Shown here: piece by piece, positions 42,351-53,028 of the stretch
Numbering within the stretch: position 1 is the stretch's first letter
Layout: each line of letters opens with the position of its first letter
Source: Escherichia phage vB_Ec-M-J
Sequence record: OQ718158.1
DNA length: 64,000 nt
Direction: 5' to 3' (one strand)
Position numbers and translations under genes: made by a program
Notes under the pieces: model-generated
What the model was told of the DNA's origin: nothing
Databases searched by the model: none
Seen by the model: only the letters and a program-made list of their open reading frames with translations

Positions 42351-42894
42351 ACTTGACTTAGCATTTGAGCGTGTAAAAATCTTCATTGAAACTTATCTTA
42401 TGCATGAAACTATACTGAAAACAAAAGGAATATGGTTCACTGATAAATTTCTTACTATGGCTATGAGAGGTGGAATGAAACATCTGTACTGCACAGATAA
42501 TGCAAGAATTTCAGTACTGAATTATGATGAAAGTGTAGCATCCAGTACCAGTTTAATTTCTACATACAATGATAATGTTATTAGTATTATGTGCAATATG
42601 AATGTCCCATCTATTTCTGTATATAAAAACTGTGATAGTTCATTGGAGTACAAGATTGAGCAGTACTTATATCCTAACACAGAAGAAAACATCTTTCAAA
42701 ATAGTCTTATGTGGGATGATACATCTACTAAGTGCATATATCTTTATAATAAATTAAAAGAGTACATTGTTGATAGTTCAATTAGTACTGCTGTATTCAG
42801 TGTTACTGTTTTTAATGATAATCGTGAAGATATGAGTTATTACAGAGACATTGTAAGAATACATGCAATGTATAAGGATCTACTATGTTATTAA
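42340..42894 (+). CDS. F2 paralog
   Basis: start moved to ATG after RBS GAAGG (track 42298); EENIFQNSL. Confidence 0.5.
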   Translation: MYNELDLAFERVKIFIETYLMHETILKTKGIWFTDKFLTMAMRGGMKHLYCTDNARISVLNYDESVASSTSLISTYNDNVISIMCNMNVPSISVYKNCDSSLEYKIEQYLYPNTEENIFQNSLMWDDTSTKCIYLYNKLKEYIVDSSISTAVFSVTVFNDNREDMSYYRDIVRIHAMYKDLLCY

Positions 42895-43487
42895 ATGCAA
42901 ATAAATGTTGTAGTACTGAGGTTCATTTGTATTTTAAGAAATTAGTAAATGATATTATCTATATGCAAGAAATCATTTATCACAAAAGAATGGACTTAGA
43001 AAAAGCATTAGTTCAGTTCTCTTTTAATCTCGATGGTGATATATCGTTAGATGGTGATGGATTGCGTATAGCATTTGACGGTAATACAAATAGGGTTTTC
43101 TTTTGGATAGATAATAAATTATGTTCATCAATATGTCGTACTTTTTATAACCCTATTTCGGACTTATATCAATTGGTGTATTCTAAAGGTGCAGTTGAAG
43201 CATCATACGGTGATAGCTTTGCACTAGGGAAGAGTATCCCATATATGCAATCATTTGATATTGAATTAGTCAGTACTGATGAAGATGCAATGTTCACAAA
43301 TGATATAACAATGCAGCGTGAATCTGCAATGAGATATATTACAAATTCTATGCATACATTCTTCGAAAGAGCAGAATTTGATAATGTGTACATAGCAAAT
43401 GTAAATATTTTTACTGACCTTTGTCAGTTCTTGAGAAGTATTTTTGATTTCGATGAAAGCTATTGTAAGCTTTATACTGAGGTTTAA
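42885..43487 (+). CDS. hypothetical protein (200 aa), weak F2-like
   Basis: track ORF; motif degenerate (DEDAMFTND). Confidence 0.45.
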   Translation: MLLNANKCCSTEVHLYFKKLVNDIIYMQEIIYHKRMDLEKALVQFSFNLDGDISLDGDGLRIAFDGNTNRVFFWIDNKLCSSICRTFYNPISDLYQLVYSKGAVEASYGDSFALGKSIPYMQSFDIELVSTDEDAMFTNDITMQRESAMRYITNSMHTFFERAEFDNVYIANVNIFTDLCQFLRSIFDFDESYCKLYTEV

Positions 43488-43492
43488 ATGCC

Positions 43493-43852
43493 ATGAATAC
43501 CATTAGTATTACGTACTACACAACGAAAAAATACGTTTGTTGTTTACTTTCATTAAAGACAAATGATGATATGTTTGAAATGGCGGCATATACATTAGGA
43601 TTATCCGAGGATGGTTTTCAATGTCATGAAGCGTACTCAAATACACGTGAAGATACAATTGATACTACTTTAATGCAAGAAGATGAGTTGTTTCAAGAAA
43701 GTTTAGTATGGGATAAAAAATACTATTGTGATTTTGATTTTCTTTGTTTAATCCAGAAAGAAATGAAAAGGATCTTCGACAATTATCCGGTGAAGAGATT
43801 GAGTACTAAGCCGGAGCAGTACAGGAGAATTTTATTCCGTTATGAAGACTGA
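43493..43852 (+). CDS. F2 paralog
   Basis: track ORF; EDELFQESLVWDKKYYC. Confidence 0.55.
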   Translation: MNTISITYYTTKKYVCCLLSLKTNDDMFEMAAYTLGLSEDGFQCHEAYSNTREDTIDTTLMQEDELFQESLVWDKKYYCDFDFLCLIQKEMKRIFDNYPVKRLSTKPEQYRRILFRYED

Positions 43853-44180
43853 ATTAGTAAAAATAATGTACGCAACTCACACCAAGTTATTATTGGTTAA
43901 AATGGATTACAACAGAAAACATAATGAATTCTGTACATTAATCCGAAATGAGGAATCATTTACATTGCGTACAAATGATAAGCCAATGCTAACTATAAAT
44001 GATTTTTCAGGTTTAGATACAGGTGAATTGTTTCAGGAGTCATTAGTACTGGATAGTAGTATACATTTGGAAATTGAAGTACTACAACAGTACCAGATAC
44101 TTTTGAATCGTATTATGGAAAATTATCCATGTGAAGTTGGTGGACCAATGCAATTCAAATCAAAGATGTATGAACTATGA
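43842..44180 (+). CDS. F2 paralog
   Basis: track ORF; TGELFQESL. Confidence 0.55.
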   Translation: MKTELVKIMYATHTKLLLVKMDYNRKHNEFCTLIRNEESFTLRTNDKPMLTINDFSGLDTGELFQESLVLDSSIHLEIEVLQQYQILLNRIMENYPCEVGGPMQFKSKMYEL

Positions 44181-44187
44181 GGTTAGT

Positions 44188-44721
44188 ATGTTAGATAAAA
44201 TAAAGAACGAGGGAACTCTATACAATCATCTTAAGTTGGATACGTTCGAGGCAGCAATCAGTACTGCACAAGATATAATTGATATTATCAAGTACATTAA
44301 AGAAAATAAGTTAAAATGTGTGAAAACGCCAGAACGTACAATGTACAAAGATGACGACCTTCACGTATCAGTTGTTAAGCCAAAAGATAAGGATGGTAAT
44401 AGAGATTTCTATAATAACAGTGCACAGTATGAATGTGAATATGATCCCGAATTTAGAGGTGGATTCATGTGCTTCAGTAAAACAGATACTTCACATGTTG
44501 AGATACGTACATTAAAAGGTCTAGGTAGATTTGAGTTCATGGATATAGAACTAAATGAAGAAAACTACTTCCAACAATCATTACTTAATACTGAATACAA
44601 TTTAGGTGTACTATTCATGTACAAGTACTTATATGAGCACTTAAATGAAGACTTCTATCTGGACTTAGAAGATTACCATTTAGTATGGAAAGAAATGGTA
44701 GAACTTCGTGAGAACTCTTGA
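44188..44721 (+). CDS. F2 paralog
   Basis: start moved to ATG after RBS GAGG (track 44131); EENYFQQSL. Confidence 0.55.
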   Translation: MLDKIKNEGTLYNHLKLDTFEAAISTAQDIIDIIKYIKENKLKCVKTPERTMYKDDDLHVSVVKPKDKDGNRDFYNNSAQYECEYDPEFRGGFMCFSKTDTSHVEIRTLKGLGRFEFMDIELNEENYFQQSLLNTEYNLGVLFMYKYLYEHLNEDFYLDLEDYHLVWKEMVELRENS

Positions 44722-44747
44722 CACCCTCCAAATCTTTGTGATATAAT
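44718..44747 (+). promoter_or_regulatory. internal array promoter
   Basis: TTGACA-18-TATAAT with TG extended -10. Confidence 0.5.
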
Positions 44748-44780
44748 CTCTTTATATTAATTGTAAAGGGTTATATCACA

Positions 44781-45263
44781 ATGTCCAAAGACCTATCATT
44801 TAGCAATGCACAAAAAATCGCACAAAATATCATTAAACTTCATAAGTTCCTTTTAACAGTTAAAGAGAATATAATTCTCCCACGATGCACACTTTATGCG
44901 TACAAAAATTATTTGTCAATGAATAGCAATTTGTTGCATACTACAGATGAGAATTTCTGTGGTATTCGTGTACTTGACGATGCACCAACAGGGGATTTTA
45001 TCTCATATTGTTTCCATACATCTGATAGTTTTAAGTACTATCATCCTAGATTTAATGATGATGAATATGAATATGACACATTTAATGTTAGATCAGAAGA
45101 AGAATTCTTCCAGTACAGTACTTTGTACAATGAGAGAATCGTGTTTAGTTCTACAATTTTTACAGTACTTAAAGATGAACTCAATGACGCAGATGATAGA
45201 TTCTATATGGATTTAAACTTCGTAGATGAAATCATTGAGTACATGGAGAAAAATGGTCTATGA
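44781..45263 (+). CDS. F2 paralog
   Basis: track ORF; SEEEFFQYST. Confidence 0.6.
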   Translation: MSKDLSFSNAQKIAQNIIKLHKFLLTVKENIILPRCTLYAYKNYLSMNSNLLHTTDENFCGIRVLDDAPTGDFISYCFHTSDSFKYYHPRFNDDEYEYDTFNVRSEEEFFQYSTLYNERIVFSSTIFTVLKDELNDADDRFYMDLNFVDEIIEYMEKNGL

Positions 45264-45742
45264 TTACAACAGAATATGATTACGATGGTGTTTTAGAATT
45301 TGCATCTAACATTCATCGCATTGCAAAGGAGTTCAGAAGTCCCCAACCTTTCGGTGGAATGCCTTTTGGTGGAATGTTCCAATATGACCAATTCAGTTCA
45401 ACCAAAGGAAGACTTGCCTTTAAAAATAATAAGGGCAATCAAGTATATGCTGAGTTCTTTGACGATAATGACTTTCACTACAGAGCTGAATATATTTCAT
45501 ATTGCCAAGGGTCTGATTTGAAGATTAACATTGATACATTTAGAGATTCAGTGTTTATCCCTTATAGTGAGTTAGTTTTCATGACAGAAGAAATGTACTT
45601 CCAAGGGTCTTGTATTCATGATGCAAAAGTACTTAATGCTATATTACTTTATGGTGCACTACTTCATCATTACAAATACAAACAACGATTCTTTATAGAT
45701 TTAGTTGTATACCATCAATGCGTGGATTATTTGAATGCATAA
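45260..45742 (+). CDS. F2 paralog
   Basis: ATGA overlap; TEEMYFQGSC. Confidence 0.6.
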   Translation: MITTEYDYDGVLEFASNIHRIAKEFRSPQPFGGMPFGGMFQYDQFSSTKGRLAFKNNKGNQVYAEFFDDNDFHYRAEYISYCQGSDLKINIDTFRDSVFIPYSELVFMTEEMYFQGSCIHDAKVLNAILLYGALLHHYKYKQRFFIDLVVYHQCVDYLNA

Positions 45743-46097
45743 TACAACAACAATTCAGTACATGACGGATGGCAATGATTGCTTTGCTTCAAGATATGAA
45801 TTCATCAAGAACCATTTTGTAACCTATATCCCTGAATATAATCAGTTTTATCTACAGATTTACCAAAATGATTCATATATGAATGAGATATATTCTGAAA
45901 TAAAAATCCCTGATTATAGTACTTTATCAGAAGAGGAATTGTTTCAGGAGAGCACTGTCAATACTGAAGATGTGTACGAACTAATGGAATACCAGAAGGT
46001 ACTTAAATATTTCCATGAAGTTCAGGATATACAAATGGATAGTGTTAAAACGTGGAATTATAACACATACGAGGTAAATTATGTTCGAAATGATTAA
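45735..46097 (+). CDS. F2 paralog
   Basis: track ORF; SEEELFQEST. Confidence 0.55.
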   Translation: MHNTTTIQYMTDGNDCFASRYEFIKNHFVTYIPEYNQFYLQIYQNDSYMNEIYSEIKIPDYSTLSEEELFQESTVNTEDVYELMEYQKVLKYFHEVQDIQMDSVKTWNYNTYEVNYVRND

Positions 46098-46494
46098 AAT
46101 TATGCAACGATGCATTGTTGACCAACATGGAATATATGGATATAGTTTAAGTGCAGCTATTGACAAAAACAAAACAACCTATGTAAGCTATAATTCAGTA
46201 CTTGGATTTGATATATTCATTGATGCCAACAATAAAATCAAACAAGCCAAGGATGTATCTATAATGACCCCTGATGAGCTATTTCAGTACAGCTTAGTTC
46301 TGCCCACCTGTATTGATTTACAACGCCTAGGAGCTATACAGAAGGTTTTACGCGAACATAAAGTACAACCAAATAAAATTACACACATTCCAGAAACATT
46401 CTACAAACCCATAGAAGTAGAAACACCTGATTATATGTTAAGTGATGATGAGTTCTACAAGAAACACTTCCCTGGTAAAGTTTGGAGAGATTAA
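46081..46494 (+). CDS. F2 paralog
   Basis: track ORF; PDELFQYSL. Confidence 0.55.
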   Translation: MFEMIKIMQRCIVDQHGIYGYSLSAAIDKNKTTYVSYNSVLGFDIFIDANNKIKQAKDVSIMTPDELFQYSLVLPTCIDLQRLGAIQKVLREHKVQPNKITHIPETFYKPIEVETPDYMLSDDEFYKKHFPGKVWRD

Positions 46495-46976
46495 TGAACC
46501 GAAAGTACAGAGAAACTATGAAGTTCGCTAAGGAGTGTTTAGAGACAGTTGATTTCATTTTCGATAACAAAGACTCATTGGGTCGCCACTTCGTAATTAC
46601 AAAGAAAGAAGATAAGAGATACAAATGTCAACGATTAGGATACAGTATTGAGTTCTCCTTAATGATTGATGGCATGATAAACTCCTTATATGAATGTGGT
46701 AAGACTGATTACATTTCATTTAGATCTTGGAGTGAACGTGTCATGTTCTTGACTCCAAATGGAGTTGTATATCCTTTTCTTGATGATTTATCAGAAGAAA
46801 GTTACTTTCAAAATAGTTTAATTTACACAGAAAAAGAACTCAAAATGCTATTCATTATGTCGTACTTTAAAAAGTACTGCAATTTTAAATCATTATCTTT
46901 TGAGATCTCTGCAATGAAAGTATTCATTAAAAATGTAAAAGAATTAAAGAGGATTTACGATGTACATAGAAAATGA
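46482..46976 (+). CDS. F2 paralog
   Basis: track ORF; SEESYFQNSL. Confidence 0.55.
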   Translation: MERLMNRKYRETMKFAKECLETVDFIFDNKDSLGRHFVITKKEDKRYKCQRLGYSIEFSLMIDGMINSLYECGKTDYISFRSWSERVMFLTPNGVVYPFLDDLSEESYFQNSLIYTEKELKMLFIMSYFKKYCNFKSLSFEISAMKVFIKNVKELKRIYDVHRK

Positions 46977-47502
46977 TAATGTAAAATGCATTGCCGACAT
47001 TTGTATAAAATTAATGAAAATTTTCATTAACCCAAAATACAAGACTCGTTCTTTACGTCATAATATTGATGATCATTGTGTAATTACTATTCTAGGTAGT
47101 ATGCTTGATGTAAAGTACGATGGTAAATTGTTATTCGGTGTCCGAGAAGAGAAGATAGATGATGTCTTCTTTTCTCCTAAAGATAAGTTTGAACCTTCTG
47201 ATTATAAAGTAATTATTCGTGATGATAGTATCTACATTAGTAGTGACTATTCAAATTACGTCGAACAGATATACACTGAAAATGTTGACTACAACCATGA
47301 ACTACTAGATTTACCAACATCAGACATAGATATGGAGAGAATCAAATTTTCATTATCAAATAATGAGTACTTAGGTATACAAACATATTATGCACTTCAG
47401 GGAAAGATTCCACCTGCGATGTATATAAGAATTGAGATTGGTAATGTATTCAGTGATACGGTTATATCAATTGCTGATAAAATATTGAAGGTACAATTAT
47501 GA
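46960..47502 (+). CDS. hypothetical protein (180 aa)
   Basis: track ORF; no clear family motif. Confidence 0.45.
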   Translation: MYIENDNVKCIADICIKLMKIFINPKYKTRSLRHNIDDHCVITILGSMLDVKYDGKLLFGVREEKIDDVFFSPKDKFEPSDYKVIIRDDSIYISSDYSNYVEQIYTENVDYNHELLDLPTSDIDMERIKFSLSNNEYLGIQTYYALQGKIPPAMYIRIEIGNVFSDTVISIADKILKVQL

Positions 47503-48056
47503 ATTTTACTAATTATAATTTACATAGACTTGAATTACGTCATTGTATTGCATTTGCAAAAACATTAATGTGCATCATTGATACACTATCATCTAAAACT
47601 TTTCGAAAGGATAATGATTTATGCCTTAAAAAAGGTAAAGTACAAAAATACGATTATACAGATGAAACGTATTTTGATATCTTTTTGGGAACAAATGATA
47701 GTACAAGAGTAGGATGTTTGGGAACAGTTGGAACACATTGCTTTACATGGAATCCAAATTCAAGTAAAGTACGAATTGACACCAACGATACATGTTATGC
47801 TGACCTTAGTACTGAATCTGATTTAGAATCAGTTATGTTCCAACACATGTTAATTCATAAACCAAATGAAATTCTTTATCTTGTTGCTTTTAGTTATCTC
47901 TTACAAAATTATAAATCAGGTTTTACTATTGAAACTGATATCGATGAGATTATGGATGAGATTCCTAGTTTAAAAGATATTCTTGAAGAAAAAGATTTCT
48001 ATCAGGACTTTAGAGATTTATACAACATGCACAGGGAGTTATCTGATAATGAATAA
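47499..48056 (+). CDS. F2 paralog
   Basis: ATGA overlap; ESVMFQHML. Confidence 0.5.
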   Translation: MNFTNYNLHRLELRHCIAFAKTLMCIIDTLSSKTFRKDNDLCLKKGKVQKYDYTDETYFDIFLGTNDSTRVGCLGTVGTHCFTWNPNSSKVRIDTNDTCYADLSTESDLESVMFQHMLIHKPNEILYLVAFSYLLQNYKSGFTIETDIDEIMDEIPSLKDILEEKDFYQDFRDLYNMHRELSDNE

Positions 48057-48567
48057 AGATGATATTCTAATCAGACTAATCAACAGTCTGTTAAAATTCG
48101 TGAATAGTGATAGTGATACACACAATGTAGGTGACATTGAATTCAAATCATTTGGAATGTACGGTGAGGACAAAACATATTATGCATCAATGAAATTCCA
48201 AGATTATTATGAAATGTTAATTGCGTTAACATACGAAGATGTGGACCCAAGATGGAGTTCCAGTATTTCTCTGTCGAGAATGGTAATTCGTAGTAAACAT
48301 CGTTACATTTCGTCAAAGAATACTCCTAATTTGTTTGATATTGTTTTGAATGAAAATACCAACCCCCCATCTAAACATGATATCGTACCTTTAACTGATG
48401 AAGTACAGTTTCAATTGAGTACCATTTGTGATGAAGATGTGATATCATGTATGAAAATTTACGAGAAGATTGGTAGTGATATCCCTAAGAACTATTACAT
48501 AACAATAGATGGAACGTACCTCCGAGATGAGGCTCTAGCGTACATTGACAGCGTTTTACCAAAATAA
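48049..48567 (+). CDS. F2 paralog
   Basis: start moved to ATG after RBS AGGGAG (track 47983); DEVQFQLST. Confidence 0.5.
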   Translation: MNKDDILIRLINSLLKFVNSDSDTHNVGDIEFKSFGMYGEDKTYYASMKFQDYYEMLIALTYEDVDPRWSSSISLSRMVIRSKHRYISSKNTPNLFDIVLNENTNPPSKHDIVPLTDEVQFQLSTICDEDVISCMKIYEKIGSDIPKNYYITIDGTYLRDEALAYIDSVLPK

Positions 48568-48590
48568 AGACCCTTATGGGTCTTTTTGTG
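48568..48590 (+). terminator. rho-independent terminator
   Basis: AGACCCttatGGGTCT then TTTTTG. Confidence 0.7.
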
Positions 48591-48598
48591 TTTAGTGC

Positions 48599-48627
48599 TT
48601 TACATGAGCATTCAGGTGTGTTATAAT
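48599..48627 (+). promoter_or_regulatory. internal array promoter
   Basis: TTTACA-17-TATAAT. Confidence 0.5.
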
Positions 48628-48654
48628 CGCTTTTAACAGAGTACAGGAGAAGAT

Positions 48655-49218
48655 ATGAGTACTGAATTAATTAAAGAAATCACATTGTTGGTAAAGCATT
48701 GTTTTAAGTTCATTGATGATAATGGTTCACGCCAGTACATTAAAGTTAATGAGAAATATAACATTAACGTCCTAAAGAATGAAACCGTTAACAGTTATGC
48801 AAACATTGAGTTAGATGTTGAGGACAAATACACAGCATTACACATCATTTCGTCCGGCGATAGAAAACAAGATTATCGTTCTACATTTTATGATGATAGT
48901 GTTACTGTTGGTTATAAATTTCATAAAAATAAAATTGCCTATAAGAATACATACACACATGAAGTAATTGAAGAGTACAATTATAAAATTAAAAAAGACG
49001 AGTACGATGTACTTTTATTCAATGCGAACCTCATACACAACGCTGGTACTGTTCGCAATCTTATGTTAGCATATGAAATTCCAAAGATTATAGAAAGAAA
49101 TGAATTGATAATCTTTAAAACTATATTAAAATTCAGTACAGAAGAATTAGAAGATCTAGTACTGGCTCTTAAGACGTTCATCAATGAACATGTACCTGTT
49201 AAATTAGAGGACTTATAA
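48655..49218 (+). CDS. hypothetical protein (187 aa)
   Basis: track ORF; RBS CAGGAGAAG; motif absent. Confidence 0.5.
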   Translation: MSTELIKEITLLVKHCFKFIDDNGSRQYIKVNEKYNINVLKNETVNSYANIELDVEDKYTALHIISSGDRKQDYRSTFYDDSVTVGYKFHKNKIAYKNTYTHEVIEEYNYKIKKDEYDVLLFNANLIHNAGTVRNLMLAYEIPKIIERNELIIFKTILKFSTEELEDLVLALKTFINEHVPVKLEDL

Positions 49219-49802
49219 TGCAAGCTGAACACATTCAAATTATGAAATTGATGCATGACATTGCAGAACTATCTGAAAAGCACAACATTACTGAACATGA
49301 GCCTATTGGAAATTATCGTCTTAAAGTTGAATGCAAATCACCATATCGTTTTGGTTCAGTAGTACTGGAGTCTTATAAAGTTTACGATTATGGAACGACG
49401 AAAAAAGGTTCATGGGATACTATGGCAATGTATATCCGAACATCAAGGCATAGTGAGCAAATCGGTTCCATTACTCCAAACATGATATTTGTCAATGCTT
49501 TACACGAAGATATTAATCGAATTGTTGAATCTAATTTTGATGACGTAGAGAATGATACATATTTGGAAATTCCACCAGAACTAGATCAAAGTGAAGACAT
49601 TCGTGAAGCATACATTTTCCAGAGATCAGTACTTGACAACTTCAAGGAGTTTGAGTACATGATGCTTTGCTATGAAACTGCAAAAGCTATTGACACTGGT
49701 GAATTGGTAATGTATAGTAAGTTCATTAACTGTGAATCCGATACATTAAAAGAGCTACACACGGCAATCAAAAACATCAAGGATACATATGAACGCTTAT
49801 AG
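49218..49802 (+). CDS. F2 paralog
   Basis: track ORF; REAYIFQRSV. Confidence 0.5.
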   Translation: MQAEHIQIMKLMHDIAELSEKHNITEHEPIGNYRLKVECKSPYRFGSVVLESYKVYDYGTTKKGSWDTMAMYIRTSRHSEQIGSITPNMIFVNALHEDINRIVESNFDDVENDTYLEIPPELDQSEDIREAYIFQRSVLDNFKEFEYMMLCYETAKAIDTGELVMYSKFINCESDTLKELHTAIKNIKDTYERL

Positions 49803-50367
49803 TTATATGACAGCCCGACACCAACAGCTATATGATATCAGTACAAAGATGCTACACATTGTTGGTAGTGCCAAAGAAATTAACAAACATTACCTCATTC
49901 GTGATGTGTCATTTTCATCTAAATGTATGTCCAAAGAATATTACGATCACGGTATTCTTACTATTTCTGGTGCCAGGAATATTTGTATTGTAAAAAATAA
50001 TAGTAAAAGTAATGAAGAGTGCGAGATTAGATCCGATATCCAAATTAATGATGATGGAAGTTTTTCACACCATCCATTTCATATTAGTACTGTTGGTGTT
50101 TTATATAATATTAAAGTACTATTCGGTGATAAAGAGTATGAGTTAAAAGCTATCAATCCAGAATCAAGTACAGTTGATGAAGAACTGTTTCAGATGAGCA
50201 CCGTTATACCTGAAGAGGTTCTTAGTACTGTTATTTTTTGTAGTTTAATTTATCACACATACAAAAAGTTCCAGTTCGATTTCCACATTTTAGGAACGTA
50301 CATCTTCAATACTTTGAATGTTGATCGTTTAAAAGCATTAAATGCAGCAATGGATAAGGTGCTATAA
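49789..50367 (+). CDS. F2 paralog
   Basis: track ORF (start could be 49807); DEELFQMST. Confidence 0.5.
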   Translation: MNAYSYMTARHQQLYDISTKMLHIVGSAKEINKHYLIRDVSFSSKCMSKEYYDHGILTISGARNICIVKNNSKSNEECEIRSDIQINDDGSFSHHPFHISTVGVLYNIKVLFGDKEYELKAINPESSTVDEELFQMSTVIPEEVLSTVIFCSLIYHTYKKFQFDFHILGTYIFNTLNVDRLKALNAAMDKVL

Positions 50368-50795
50368 TGACAAGAGATGAATGCTTATACATATGGGATA
50401 TAATTGAAACTACACTTTCAAATCCAGAAAATTATAAAACAAAAAAAAGACAACGACACAAAATATGGATAGATTTGTTCGTTGAGGGCATACACGCAGT
50501 GACTATTTGGGATTCACCGAGGGCATCATCATCTACTCTGTTGGACAATGAATGCATTGATTGCATTAATTCCAATTTTCATCTCCACGGTACTACATAT
50601 TTCGGCACATTTCTGGATATTGAAAGTAAAGATGATATTGATTCACTTGCGTTACAATACCAAGTACTGTATGATACTAAATTAATTTACGATTTAGTAC
50701 TAGCTTCTTATGTGTATAAATTAATGATGAAATATAATCATATTTCAGTTTCAGTTTATACTAAGGATATTCTTTCATTAAGAGACAAAACATGA
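50367..50795 (+). CDS. hypothetical protein (142 aa)
   Basis: track ORF; motif degenerate. Confidence 0.45.
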   Translation: MTRDECLYIWDIIETTLSNPENYKTKKRQRHKIWIDLFVEGIHAVTIWDSPRASSSTLLDNECIDCINSNFHLHGTTYFGTFLDIESKDDIDSLALQYQVLYDTKLIYDLVLASYVYKLMMKYNHISVSVYTKDILSLRDKT

Positions 50796-51298
50796 GTTTA
50801 TTAAATGCACGAGAATTAGTTGAGATGTATGAGATCTTATCTTCATATAAAAATTCCCCAAAAGATGTAATTCTCAACAAAAAGTTCCATGTCAATGTTG
50901 ATCATATGAAAAATATAGATATGATTTCTTTAGTGGAAAGTCGTAAATCGGGTCTTGAGCGTGATATCATGCGTTTGATTTATATTAACAAACCATCATA
51001 TACTAATGATAGTTCAATTAGTAATGAGACGTTTTTGTACACTCCTTATACTGATTGTACTTTAGTTTCAATGTCTAATCAGAAACAAGATACTATCCAA
51101 TTCATCAATACCAGTACTGATAACATTGAAGAAAATGAATTCCAAAACAATACATTAAGTTCATGTAGTAGTGTTATAACCTTTATGTCATATCTGTGGT
51201 CAATCAAATCAAATGCAATTGTATATAGTTCTAATTACACACAAGATAGTATTGTTGAATCATTTAAAGTTCTAAAGGAATACTATGAAAATAACTAA
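50792..51298 (+). CDS. F2 paralog
   Basis: ATGA overlap; EENEFQNNT. Confidence 0.5.
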   Translation: MSLLNARELVEMYEILSSYKNSPKDVILNKKFHVNVDHMKNIDMISLVESRKSGLERDIMRLIYINKPSYTNDSSISNETFLYTPYTDCTLVSMSNQKQDTIQFINTSTDNIEENEFQNNTLSSCSSVITFMSYLWSIKSNAIVYSSNYTQDSIVESFKVLKEYYENN

Positions 51299-51866
51299 TG
51301 ATTTTATTAGAAGCTTAGTGCACCCTATGCTTGGTGTTATGAAAAAACTACAGACTCTACCTGAAGACAACGATTACAAGTTTAATCGTTTTGATTCGGA
51401 TGTGTTTTGTATTGAAATGGAAATTAATAACAATCGTTATTTTCATTTAAAATTCAAAGAATCGTCGAGTTCGCACTACAACTTTGACATGAATTTTAAA
51501 ATAAGCAATGATATTGAAGAAAACGCAATATCAAATCATATTAGCAGAAATGGTTTCATGCATAGAACTAATATGTTCAATAATAAAAACAGTATTATAT
51601 CTAAATGGAATCATCAATTCACTAAAATTTGTGATATTGATTGCAGTACATTTGGTGAAGAACAATACTTTCAGTTAAGTACAATACATGAACTTCCACC
51701 ATATGATTGTGTAAAAACATGGTTTGATATTCATAATATAATTGATGATGCAATCGTACTTCCATTTGGGTTGTCAATATCATATACTGCACCTAAAACG
51801 TTTGTTTTTACTGAAGATATGATTATGAAAAAGATATGGGCGATGATGCCACTTATGCTTGATTAA
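51285..51866 (+). CDS. F2 paralog
   Basis: track ORF; GEEQYFQLSTIHEL. Confidence 0.55.
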   Translation: MKITNDFIRSLVHPMLGVMKKLQTLPEDNDYKFNRFDSDVFCIEMEINNNRYFHLKFKESSSSHYNFDMNFKISNDIEENAISNHISRNGFMHRTNMFNNKNSIISKWNHQFTKICDIDCSTFGEEQYFQLSTIHELPPYDCVKTWFDIHNIIDDAIVLPFGLSISYTAPKTFVFTEDMIMKKIWAMMPLMLD

Positions 51867-51877
51867 CGGAGAACTAC

Positions 51878-52429
51878 ATGAATCAAAGTCATGATCTTTT
51901 TAAATTATGTGCATCCAAAGATGTGGAAGGATGGGCAGATAAAATCAATACAATTATTAACCGTTATCTTGGCTTCTGTGCACGATCACGAAGTGAAGGT
52001 TCAATGCGTTTCCAAATAACCATGACAATCGATGGTGTTACGATTTATGTCAACGAAGAACGTCTTGGTATTAATCTCTATGATAGTTGTGTCTTTGCTA
52101 TTCACCAGAAAATGGGGGCAGGTTGGGGTTGTAATAATATGAACACCAATGCATTTTTCTGGGTAGGTCATAGCAACACAGTACTTGATCCTTCAAAGAA
52201 ATCAAACCTTTTAGATGATAATTTGGTATATGATTTAGCTTACTCTGAAGAACAACATTTCCAGTTAAGTACAATACATAGCTTAGTTCAATATGACGAT
52301 TGTATCAAAGCATTAGAATTATGCCATTCACTTGAACTTAAAGAAAAATTGATACAAATTTACCCATTGTTCTTCCATGAAGAAGTACAATGCACACTAG
52401 ATCATATTTTATATGGGTACGACAAATGA
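51878..52429 (+). CDS. F2 paralog
   Basis: track ORF; SEEQHFQLSTIHSL; paralog of 51285 gene. Confidence 0.55.
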   Translation: MNQSHDLFKLCASKDVEGWADKINTIINRYLGFCARSRSEGSMRFQITMTIDGVTIYVNEERLGINLYDSCVFAIHQKMGAGWGCNNMNTNAFFWVGHSNTVLDPSKKSNLLDDNLVYDLAYSEEQHFQLSTIHSLVQYDDCIKALELCHSLELKEKLIQIYPLFFHEEVQCTLDHILYGYDK

Positions 52430-53028
52430 GAAAAAGTTATCAAGAAGCTATTGACCTAATTCGAGAAGTTATTAAGGCGGCTCCAGGTGCGATAGCATTC
52501 AAGAAGTCCCTATATAAAAAGTATGGTCCCATGTCAAGTATGTGCTGTCAAAAGAAACGTAGTAAATTTACTACGCAGTACTGGCATGATTCTATTATCC
52601 TGAGTAATGAACATCAGCGTATTTTAACAATCGAATCAGTAGATAATCAATATGGTGAAGGAATGATTTGTGTTCCTGACTATGATGAAATTAATTTCAA
52701 TTGTGGAGATTATGAGACAACATTATTATTACACGAGGGTTACCCTGAAGGTGATGTAATGGCAGAGTATAATCCAAAAACCAAAATACTGAAACGTGGT
52801 ATGCAGTTCAAAATCAATAACAAAGATGATGTGGAAGCAGCACTAATGCAACTTAGTACTAGTGAACCTATCACTATTGATGTAGAAGAGTTATGGGGCA
52901 TCATTTCAGTACTTAATGAGTGTTATAAAATTAAATCATTACATAAGTACTCTATCATTTTACATACTAATTGTGCAATGATAAAATGCAAGAACATACA
53001 AGAGATGGTGGTTCCAGATGAACTTTAA
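52426..53028 (+). CDS. F2-like paralog
   Basis: ATGA overlap (track 52390); variant motif EAALMQLST. Confidence 0.45.
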   Translation: MRKSYQEAIDLIREVIKAAPGAIAFKKSLYKKYGPMSSMCCQKKRSKFTTQYWHDSIILSNEHQRILTIESVDNQYGEGMICVPDYDEINFNCGDYETTLLLHEGYPEGDVMAEYNPKTKILKRGMQFKINNKDDVEAALMQLSTSEPITIDVEELWGIISVLNECYKIKSLHKYSIILHTNCAMIKCKNIQEMVVPDEL